IMG/VR virus record: IMGVR_UViG_3300036792_000267
Coordinates: 1 to 64,000 of that record
Reading direction: 5' to 3' (one strand)
Length of the DNA stretch: 64,000 nt
Source: a virus
Of this stretch, positions 57,990 through 64,000 are shown piece by piece. The notes beneath the pieces are model-generated. The model was given only the letters and a program-made list of their open reading frames with translations, had not been told where the DNA came from and ran no database searches. The translations under genes and the position numbers were made by a program. Position 1 is the stretch's first letter; every line of letters begins with the position of its first letter.

Positions 57990-58079
57990 CGAGAGCAGCA
58001 GGTCAAGGTGCATCTCGATCTCGTCATTGGTGATGAGGCTGACAGCCAGGTCGATGAAGTCAAGTTCGTCCATACTCAT
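57960..58079 (-). CDS. Small acidic peptide (39 aa)
   Basis: MSMDELDFIDLAVSLITNDEIEMHLDLLLSLEYLDSNQD, downstream of DinB-family gene. Confidence 0.45.
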   Translation of the reverse strand: MSMDELDFIDLAVSLITNDEIEMHLDLLLSLEYLDSNQD

Positions 58080-58108
58080 TAAGTTCGCGAGCAGGCCGAA
58101 CTGTGAGG

Positions 58109-58654
58109 TCAGTCAGGAACGTAGAGGTGGTGCGGGAGGATGTTCAGCGTGTAAGTCCCGTCGAACCGCGGCATGCTGCCGGCCAGCTCCCCCAGGTGCC
58201 AGTAGACGTGGACCGCTAGGTGCTCCCACACGGCCCCGCCGGTCAGCAGGGACACCGGCACCCCGGCAGGCGCGGGAGCGTCCCACTGGCTGAGGTCGAA
58301 CTCGTCCAGTACCCGCAGCGCCTTGGTGACCGTCTGGCAGAACACGCGCAGCAGGACCACCTTCGGGAACGTCTCCCGGTCGACGCTGGCTGCCTTGCTG
58401 ACGGCACTGGGCTCGGCCAGGTTTGTCTCGTTGAACACCTGGTGGACCGAGCGGCTGAGGACCGTCCGCCGCCCGTCGAGCCACGAGCTGAACAGGTCAG
58501 CCACGCAGGCCAGGTGCCCGATCGTCCAGGCAGCGGAGAACCCGGTCGGGAGTTCTTCGAAGAACTCGTCGTTACTGACCGGCTCCAGGCCGAGTAGCAG
58601 TATGTTGCCGCTGCGGTCGATCTGCCGCGCGACGACTTGCTTAGCAGTAGTCAT
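58109..58654 (-). CDS. DinB/YfiT-superfamily metalloprotein
   Basis: SAAWTIGHL...HLAVHVYWHLGEL. Confidence 0.8.
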   Translation of the reverse strand: MTTAKQVVARQIDRSGNILLLGLEPVSNDEFFEELPTGFSAAWTIGHLACVADLFSSWLDGRRTVLSRSVHQVFNETNLAEPSAVSKAASVDRETFPKVVLLRVFCQTVTKALRVLDEFDLSQWDAPAPAGVPVSLLTGGAVWEHLAVHVYWHLGELAGSMPRFDGTYTLNILPHHLYVPD

Positions 58655-58665
58655 GCTTTTACTAC

Positions 58666-58739
58666 GCCCCGGTAGCTCAGCCGGAAGATGCGCTCGCTTC
58701 GTAAGCGAGAGGTCCCCAGTTCAACTCTGGGTCGGGGCT
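58666..58739 (+). tRNA. tRNA-Thr(CGT)
   Basis: Loop TTCGTAA. Confidence 0.85.
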
Positions 58740-58859
58740 CGGTCAGGCTGAGGCAGGGGAGGCCCTTCACCGGGTCGCACTAGGTTGCCCGCAGCCCAGT
58801 AGCTTGGGCACGGGAGAAGGATGCCGGGCAGCACGGCCCGGGTGTAGGCCTGACAACAA

Positions 58860-58943
58860 GCCCGAATGCTGCAATCGGTAGACTGACCCGCTTGAGGAGT
58901 GGGTGTCCTTCGGGGCGTGCGGGTTCGAGTCCCGCTTCGGGCA
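58860..58943 (+). tRNA. tRNA-Leu(GAG)
   Basis: Loop TTGAGGA, long variable arm. Confidence 0.85.
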
Positions 58944-59040
58944 CCTGGGGGAGATCCGGTGTAGCGCACCGGCTGGGGGCCAGGGCCCCTGGTAGTTCAA
59001 AAGTCGCTGACAGCCCTGGCAGAAAGAACACCCCCTCTAC

Positions 59041-59113
59041 GCCGGCTTAGCTCATCGGGCAGAGCGCCCGCCTTGTAAGCGGAAGGTGACCCGTTCGAGT
59101 CGGGTAGCCGGCT
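59041..59113 (+). tRNA. tRNA-Thr(TGT)
   Basis: Loop CTTGTAA. Confidence 0.88.
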
Positions 59114-59213
59114 CGGAGGCTGCATGCAAGGTACGGCGCGCTAACGCGCGGGACAGCGCAGGAACCCGAGTACCGTCGTAAACCGACTGTCCTTGCAGCC
59201 TCCTTCAGCTCGC

Positions 59214-59287
59214 TCCGGGGTGGGTTGTGCGGCATCCCGTCTTGACTTTGGATCAAGGGCACGCCAGTTCGATTCTGGCCCCCGGAA
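59214..59287 (+). tRNA. tRNA-Gln(TTG)
   Basis: Loop CTTTGGA. Confidence 0.8.
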
Positions 59288-59296
59288 CAAGCACAT

Positions 59297-59370
59297 GCCC
59301 CGGTAGCTCAGTTGGCGAGAGCGTTTCCCTGGTACGGAGGAGGTCCCGCGTTCGATTCGCGGTCGGGGCT
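59297..59370 (+). tRNA. tRNA-Thr(GGT)
   Basis: Loop CTGGTAC. Confidence 0.85.
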
Positions 59371-59381
59371 CGCAAGATCAT

Positions 59382-59454
59382 GCCGACGTGGTGCAGCTGG
59401 TGGCACATCGCCTTGCCAAGGCGGAGGTCGCGGGTTCGAATCCCGTCGTCGGCT
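59382..59454 (+). tRNA. tRNA-Gly(GCC)
   Basis: Loop TTGCCAA. Confidence 0.88.
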
Positions 59455-59590
59455 CGTGTACCCCGCCGTGGCCACCGGGTAAGGGGGTTCAGCACATGCC
59501 CGGGTCGCGCCCGGCACGGTGGCACGGCTGCCCTGGCAGCCTGCTCTCCTGACGACAGGGGACAAGGGGGCTCAGCCCTCCCAGGGACGC

Positions 59591-59674
59591 GGGCGGGTGG
59601 CGGAATAGGCAGACGCGCACGGTCCAGGCCCGTGTATCCCGCAGGATGTGAGGGTTCAAGTCCCTCCTCGCCCA
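59591..59674 (+). tRNA. tRNA-Leu(CAG), C33
   Basis: Loop TCCAGGC, long variable arm. Confidence 0.85.
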
Positions 59675-59765
59675 CTTTCGGGTCCGCTCCCGTGGCCCGG
59701 GGGCGTCGCGCATCGCGCCGCGGCGGTTCCAGTCCTCCTGCTAGCGGAGGGCGAACGGGAGGCCC

Positions 59766-59856
59766 GGAGGGATGGCACGAGTGGCTTAAGGCGCTGTCCT
59801 GCTAAGGCAGAGGGTCTGCGAGAGCGGCCCCGCGGGTTCGAATCCCGCTCCCTCCG
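59766..59856 (+). tRNA. tRNA-Ser(GCT)
   Basis: Loop CTGCTAA, long variable arm. Confidence 0.88.
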
Positions 59857-59941
59857 CTTCTGTACCGGATACCAGCCAAGTCCGTTAGGTGGTGACGCAG
59901 GTACAGCGCCCGCGGGAGACGGCAATCCTTGGCGGGCACCT

Positions 59942-60027
59942 GGAGGGTTCGCCTAGTCCGGCCTATGGCGCTGCGTCGGAAGCGCAGTTGGTTAACAGCC
60001 TCGCGAGTTCGAATCTCGCACCCTCTG
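59942..60027 (+). tRNA. tRNA-Ser(GGA), C33
   Basis: Loop TCGGAAG. Confidence 0.85.
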
Positions 60028-60030
60028 CCC

Positions 60031-60122
60031 CGGAGAGGTAAATCGAGTTGGCCTACCGATCGCGGTCCCGAAAACCGTCAGGGGGTTCGTCCCCCGTGTG
60101 AGTTCGAGTCTCACCCTCTCTG
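60031..60122 (+). tRNA. tRNA-Ser(CGA), C33
   Basis: Loop CCCGAAA. Confidence 0.82.
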
Positions 60123-60315
60123 CGCATGGCTTGAGGCGGTACCCGCGGGCCGCTGCAGGTACCGCCTCCGTAATCGCCAGGCGAATGAATCTGCTCGGAT
60201 TCAGCTTCGAGACCAGACTCGGTGCCTTGCAGGCGGCTGTTACCGCCTGCACCCGAAAGCATACATACGGTTACGATCTTGAGCAAGCGGCGAAATAGCT
60301 CAAGATGTCTGGCAC

Positions 60316-60388
60316 GGGCGGGCAGCTCGATGGTTCGAGCAGCTTCCTGATACGGAGAAGGTTGGAGGTTCAAGTCCTCCTCCGCCCA
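60316..60388 (+). tRNA. tRNA-Ile(GAT), C8
   Basis: Loop CTGATAC. Confidence 0.82.
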
Positions 60389-60399
60389 CGTACGACCGG

Positions 60400-60473
60400 A
60401 GGCCGGTAGCTCAGCTGGTCAGAGCGACACGCTTATAACGTGTGCGTCAGGAGTTCAAGCCTCCTCCGGCCTA
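60400..60473 (+). tRNA. tRNA-Ile(TAT)
   Basis: Perfect stems, loop CTTATAA. Confidence 0.85.
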
Positions 60474-60476
60474 CGA

Positions 60477-60552
60477 CGCGGGGTAGCTCAGTTGGCAGAG
60501 CAGCCGGCCCATAACCGGAAGGTCGCGGGTCCGAGTCCCGTCCTCGCTACCA
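60477..60552 (+). tRNA. tRNA-Met(CAT), initiator-like, C33 C55
   Basis: C1 mismatch, loop CCCATAA, encoded CCA. Confidence 0.85.
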
Positions 60553-60553
60553 C

Positions 60554-60627
60554 GGGCCGCTAGCTCAACAGCGAAGAGCAGTTGCCTTTTAAGCTTCAGG
60601 TTCCGGGTTCGAGCCCCGGGCGGCCCA
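60554..60627 (+). tRNA. tRNA-Lys(TTT)
   Basis: Loop CTTTTAA. Confidence 0.8.
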
Positions 60628-60641
60628 CTAGCCTGGTTCCT

Positions 60642-60788
60642 GTGAAGACTCTGGCCTGGCTCCTCGATGAAGCCCTGGACCGGCTCCCGTGCCGCGAGGA
60701 CGGCCGGTGGCGCTGGTACGGCGAGTGGGGCTGCCGACTGGAGAACAGGTTTCCTGTCCTGCGCGAGTGGATGTACGAGCGCCGGTAG
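60642..60788 (+). CDS. Small Trp/Arg-rich hypothetical protein
   Basis: MKTLAWLLDEALDRLPC..; stop lies inside next tRNA. Confidence 0.45.
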   Translation: MKTLAWLLDEALDRLPCREDGRWRWYGEWGCRLENRFPVLREWMYERR

Positions 60789-60852
60789 CTCAGCCGGATA
60801 GAGCGGCTTCCTTCTAAGAAGACGGCCGGGGGTTCGAATCCCTCCCGGCGCG
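60779..60852 (+). tRNA. tRNA-Arg(TCT)
   Basis: Loop CTTCTAA. Confidence 0.88.
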
Positions 60853-60863
60853 CGCATGAACAT

Positions 60864-60941
60864 GGTCTTGCAGAGCAGTCCGGAGTGCTCGCCTGCCCCT
60901 CAAGCAGGAGATCGTCGGTTCGAATCCGTCCAGGACCACCA
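60864..60941 (+). tRNA. tRNA-Glu(CTC), C8 C33
   Basis: Loop CCCTCAA, encoded CCA. Confidence 0.82.
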
Positions 60942-60942
60942 A

Positions 60943-61016
60943 GCCCCCGTCGACTAGCGGCCTAAGTTACCGCCCCTTCAAGGCGGCGGACACCGGTTCG
61001 AATCCGGTTGGGGGCA
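60943..61016 (+). tRNA. tRNA-Glu(TTC), C33
   Basis: Loop CCTTCAA. Confidence 0.85.
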
Positions 61017-61050
61017 CGTGGGCATCAGGATTTATCCTGGTGTCCTTCGA

Positions 61051-61126
61051 CGCGGAGTAGGGGAGTTCGGTCGTCCCCGCGGCGCCCATAACGCCGAGAT
61101 CGCGGGTCCGAATCCCGCCTCCGCCA
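61051..61126 (+). tRNA. tRNA-Met(CAT), initiator-like, C33 C55
   Basis: C1:C72 mismatch, loop CCCATAA. Confidence 0.82.
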
Positions 61127-61230
61127 CGGGAAGGAACTGCCCAGCTCCCTTGCATCCGGATGCATCGGCACGCGCGGCTGGCGTTCCGGCACAGCGGCCC
61201 GGCCCCGGTCGTTCCCAAACGGGGCCTCTA

Positions 61231-61303
61231 TCCGGTGTGGCGCAATCGGCAGCGCAACTGACTGTTAATCAGAGGGTTCCCGGTCCGAGTCCGGGCACCG
61301 GAG
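61231..61303 (+). tRNA. tRNA-Asn(GTT), C55
   Basis: Loop CTGTTAA. Confidence 0.88.
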
Positions 61304-61412
61304 CGCGTGGGCCTGGGGCCTGCGGGATACAGCCTGGTCCGCGGCCGGGCCCGGGTCCCGTTGGGCGGAGAAGCAGCCATACCCAGGGAAGCGGGGGTGC
61401 CCCGCACATCAT

Positions 61413-61487
61413 GGTGACGTAACTCAGCATGGCCAGAGTGCTGCCTTGTCACGGCAGAAGTCGCGGGTTCAAATCCCGTCGTTACCG
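61413..61487 (+). tRNA. tRNA-Asp(GTC)
   Basis: Loop TTGTCAC, G73. Confidence 0.88.
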
Positions 61488-61637
61488 CGTGCCCCGTCGT
61501 CGCACGATGACCGTGCAGGCCAGGGCGAACAGCGCTAGCAGGCCGATGACTGGCCATGTTAGCCAGTGCAGCCCGGCCGCCTTCAGCAGGTCATCAAGGA
61601 TGAAGCCGAGCGCGACGCCGACCAGGATGAACAGCAT
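61482..61637 (-). CDS. Small two-TM membrane protein (51 aa)
   Basis: MLFILVGVALGFILDDLLKAAGLHWLTWPVIGLLALFALAC. Confidence 0.55.
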   Translation of the reverse strand: MLFILVGVALGFILDDLLKAAGLHWLTWPVIGLLALFALACTVIVRRRGTR

Positions 61638-61639
61638 CG

Positions 61640-61777
61640 TTAGCCGAGCCCGGCGCGACGCCGCCGCTCGGCGTGCTCGAAGTCACGGATGCGCCGGATG
61701 GCGAGGTGGCCGCCGAACTTGAGGCCGGTCGCGATGCCAGCGCCGAAGACGGCTAGCAGCAAGATGAAAGTGCCCAC
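61640..61777 (-). CDS. Small membrane protein (45 aa)
   Basis: MGTFILLLAVFGAGIATGLKFG..RRRR. Confidence 0.55.
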   Translation of the reverse strand: MGTFILLLAVFGAGIATGLKFGGHLAIRRIRDFEHAERRRRAGLG

Positions 61778-61831
61778 GTGATTAAACGGTACGTCACCCC
61801 CTGGTCTCTTTACCAGGGGCAAGCAAGACAT

Positions 61832-61905
61832 GGCCGTGTAGCTCAGCAGGCTAGAGCGTTTCCATGACACGGAAGAGGTCCCTGGTTCAAGTCCAGGTAC
61901 GGCCA
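61832..61905 (+). tRNA. tRNA-Val(GAC)
   Basis: Loop ATGACAC. Confidence 0.88.
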
Positions 61906-61906
61906 C

Positions 61907-61979
61907 GCGCGCGTAGCTCAACGGATAGAGCTGCAGTCTACGGAACTGTGTGTTGGAGGTTCGAGTCCTCTCGTGCGCA
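61907..61979 (+). tRNA. tRNA-Arg(ACG)
   Basis: Loop CTACGGA. Confidence 0.88.
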
Positions 61980-62039
61980 CTGGACGGCAGGTGAGCAGGC
62001 TGACACCGCCTTCGGGCTCAGCCCCCTGCCGTCTTTCAA

Positions 62040-62113
62040 GTCCGGTTAGCTCAGCCTGGGAGAGCGCTGCCTCCACACGGCAGGCGTCGGGGGTTCAAAT
62101 CCCTCACTGGACA
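62040..62113 (+). tRNA. tRNA-Val(CAC), C33
   Basis: Loop TCCACAC. Confidence 0.85.
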
Positions 62114-62114
62114 C

Positions 62115-62190
62115 GGTGGGATTTGCCGTCGAGGGAAGGCGCAGGGTTGTGGTCCCTGCAAGGCGGGTCCGACTCCCGTATCTCACCCCA
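62115..62190 (+). tRNA. tRNA-His(GTG), C55
   Basis: G-1:C73, loop TTGTGGT, encoded CCA. Confidence 0.82.
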
Positions 62191-62191
62191 A

Positions 62192-62271
62192 AGCGACAGT
62201 GGGCGGCGGCACGCCCAGCGGCCTGTAAAGCCGTGGCCTTGGCAGACCTGGGTCGGCACCAGGTGTCGCTA
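62192..62271 (+). tRNA. Divergent tRNA-Tyr(GTA)
   Basis: Loop CTGTAAA; atypical T-loop GTCGGCA. Confidence 0.65.
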
Positions 62272-62364
62272 CGTTAAGGTTTTCCCGAGAAAAGGAGAGC
62301 CTATGCCCAGGTACACGATTCCCTGCGTCGCCCACTGTGAAAGCGGGGCATTAACGCAGGTCTT

Positions 62365-62438
62365 GCGCTCGTAGCTCAGTGGACAGAGCACCGGCTTCCG
62401 GAGCCGGGTTGTCGGAGGTTCGAGTCCTCTCGGGCGCG
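62365..62438 (+). tRNA. tRNA-Arg(CCG)
   Basis: Loop TTCCGGA. Confidence 0.88.
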
Positions 62439-62442
62439 CTAT

Positions 62443-62519
62443 GGCGGTATGGCCGAGTGCGGTTCAGGCACACGTCTGCAAAACGTGGTACCCGGGTTCG
62501 ACCCCCGGTACCGCCTCCA
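62443..62519 (+). tRNA. tRNA-Cys(GCA)
   Basis: Loop CTGCAAA, U73, encoded CCA. Confidence 0.88.
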
Positions 62520-62520
62520 T

Positions 62521-62594
62521 GACCCTGTAGCTCAGCTGGACAGAGCTGCTTCCCCCTAAGGAGCGAGTCGCTGGTTCGAGTCCAGCCAGGGCCA
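62521..62594 (+). tRNA. tRNA-Arg(CCT), C33
   Basis: Loop CCCCTAA. Confidence 0.82.
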
Positions 62595-62638
62595 CGTACG
62601 CCGGTGCTCACGCTGTGGCAGTTCCGAGGTCCAATTAC

Positions 62639-62675
62639 TCCCCGTCGTCCCCTGGGACTGGCGGGGATTTTCCTT
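62639..62675 (+). terminator. Probable terminator closing tRNA array
   Basis: TCCCCGTC-GTCCC..GGGAC-TGGCGGGGA then TTTT. Confidence 0.55.
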
Positions 62676-62903
62676 GTGCTTATGGTGTAAGGCAGGAGGC
62701 CGGGTACGTGACTCGGCTTCGCGGATCGAGAACGGAACCGGCCTCCTGCCCCATCAGAGTACATTCGCCTCATTGTCCCGGTTCATCCCGTAGCCCGGGT
62801 TTGGTCACGGTTCAGTTAACTTGTGGCAAGAAACACGGTTCCTGCGCCATAGTGGACTGTTTCCCCGCGGTCAGCGCGGGGGTTGGAGTGAGGGGAACGC
62901 TCT

Positions 62904-63848
62904 ATGAAGTTTGGCAGGCGGCTTGCTGCCGCCGTAGTTGTGCCTTTTCTCGCGCTGGGGGGCGGCCTGGCCGCTGCCGGGGTCGCGAGCGCCGCGCCCG
63001 TCCCGACCGGCTACACGGCCTGGATCGGCCATGACCAGGTTGAGGTTTCCAGCCTCGGGGTGAACGCCGCCGCTGCCGTCAACGCCGCCGGCACGCTGAG
63101 CCTGACGGTGGGCTCGCCGAGCGCGAGCACCTACGCCCAGGCCGTGGTTGACCTTCCGGCAGGTAGCGTCCTGTCGCACTTCGCGCCGGAGTTCGTGACC
63201 GACAACTACAACGCGGGCTCCCCGCGGTGGGTCATCGAGTTGGCCAACGGCAAGAACCTGTTCGGCTACCCGGCGCAGGAGGGCGGCCAGTGGGAGGAGA
63301 GCTGGAGCGGCGCCCCGCACCTTTACACCAGCTACAACCAGGCGGTGACTGACGCCGGCGGGTACGGCCAGGTGGTGAAGAGCGCGTTCATCGTGGCGGA
63401 CGGCGACCAGGCGCCGGGCACAACCGACACCATCTCGCATGTCAGCTACGGCGGCACGGACCTGACGGTGAAGCCGGTTTACGCGCCGGTGCCGCGCCTG
63501 TCCCACGGCCACGCGGTGGCCACTGCGGCGACGAGCGAGGAAGTGCTGTTCACCCTGTCCGGGGCCCCGAGCTGGGTCCGGTTCTACATCGTGGGGCCGG
63601 GAGCCATCAACGGTCACGTCGGCTGGGTGAACGCCCAGCTCGGGGTGAACATCGGCTACTACTTCGGCCTTGAGGCGCACCACGGCTACGCGGTCTACTA
63701 CCAGCCGGTGGTTGCCCAGGGCAGCGCGGTGCCGGTCCCCGGTTCGCACATGGGCTACGTGTACTTCGTCAGCGGCGCCAACGTCGGCGCGACTGCGGCT
63801 TACACCGGCCCGTCCTCGATCGCCGGGATGTACCGCCTGGCTGCGTAG
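62904..63848 (+). CDS. Secreted/surface protein
   Basis: Sec signal peptide ending ASA; beta-rich. Confidence 0.75.
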   Translation: MKFGRRLAAAVVVPFLALGGGLAAAGVASAAPVPTGYTAWIGHDQVEVSSLGVNAAAAVNAAGTLSLTVGSPSASTYAQAVVDLPAGSVLSHFAPEFVTDNYNAGSPRWVIELANGKNLFGYPAQEGGQWEESWSGAPHLYTSYNQAVTDAGGYGQVVKSAFIVADGDQAPGTTDTISHVSYGGTDLTVKPVYAPVPRLSHGHAVATAATSEEVLFTLSGAPSWVRFYIVGPGAINGHVGWVNAQLGVNIGYYFGLEAHHGYAVYYQPVVAQGSAVPVPGSHMGYVYFVSGANVGATAAYTGPSSIAGMYRLAA

Positions 63849-63877
63849 CAGGAGACCCACAACCGCATAAACAACCA

Positions 63878-63915
63878 GCAGAGCCCCCGGCCCACCCCCG
63901 GGGGCTCTGCGTTTT
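63878..63915 (+). terminator. Intrinsic terminator
   Basis: 13-bp stem GCAGAGCCCCCGG/CCGGGGGCTCTGC then GTTTT. Confidence 0.75.
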
Positions 63916-64000
63916 CCGATTGCCCGTGCATGCGCCTTCAGGGAATGTGGCACGAGTTCATGGCCGACGCCGGCAATGCGCCGGGCCAGCAGCAGGGAGA

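Noticed and set aside
56644-62033. HDV-like theta ribozymes after tRNAs
   Set aside because: Spacer 5' ends pair with their extreme 3' ends, not the nested double-pseudoknot topology; a formal search is still worthwhile.
60864-62594. Suppressor or Sec tRNAs (TCA/CTA/TAA readings of loops CCCTCAA, CCTTCAA, CCCCTAA)
   Set aside because: Symmetric 5-bp stems with 7-nt loops place the anticodons at CTC, TTC and CCT, and the bodies match Glu and Arg.
55890-62760. tmRNA, RNase P or SRP RNA in the array
   Set aside because: No tRNA-like ends enclosing a tag ORF, no RNase P P4 motif and no convincing SRP loop were found by eye.
1-64000. CRISPR array, integrase, transposase, inteins
   Set aside because: No regularly spaced repeats or recombinase motifs; DnaB, RecA, PolA and terminase have normal lengths without intein motifs. 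The Cas4-like gene is a solo phage exonuclease.

Overview
A 64-kb segment of a large, high-GC actinobacterial phage (or phage-plasmid), almost entirely on the + strand. It has five blocks. (1) Early small genes and a VirD4-like ATPase (1-10 kb). (2) A SNF2 helicase, ribosomal protein bL12 and a WhiG/FliA sigma factor. (3) A replication/recombination block: DnaB, family A polymerase with a DnaE-like C-terminal domain, DnaX/HolA/HolB clamp loader, DnaN, SSB, RuvC, RecA, split SbcC, SbcD, and a radical SAM fusion. (4) A methyltransferase/glycosyltransferase cassette and the terminase large subunit. (5) An array of 38 tRNA genes covering all 20 amino acids, interleaved with structured spacer RNAs. 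Four observations stand out. Every in-frame TTA codon I found in a plausible gene sits at a natural gene end (three as TTATG overlaps with the next start) or at an apparent 7-nt ribosomal hop, so UUA may act as a stop or switch codon. Fifteen of the 38 tRNAs carry C at normally invariant U8, U33 or U55, suggesting C-to-U editing or nuclease evasion. A palindromic operator CTTGAC-N4-GTYAAG overlaps most of the promoters. An endonuclease VII gene is inserted with a recoded duplicate of its target gene start. All calls were made by eye from motifs; no searches were run.
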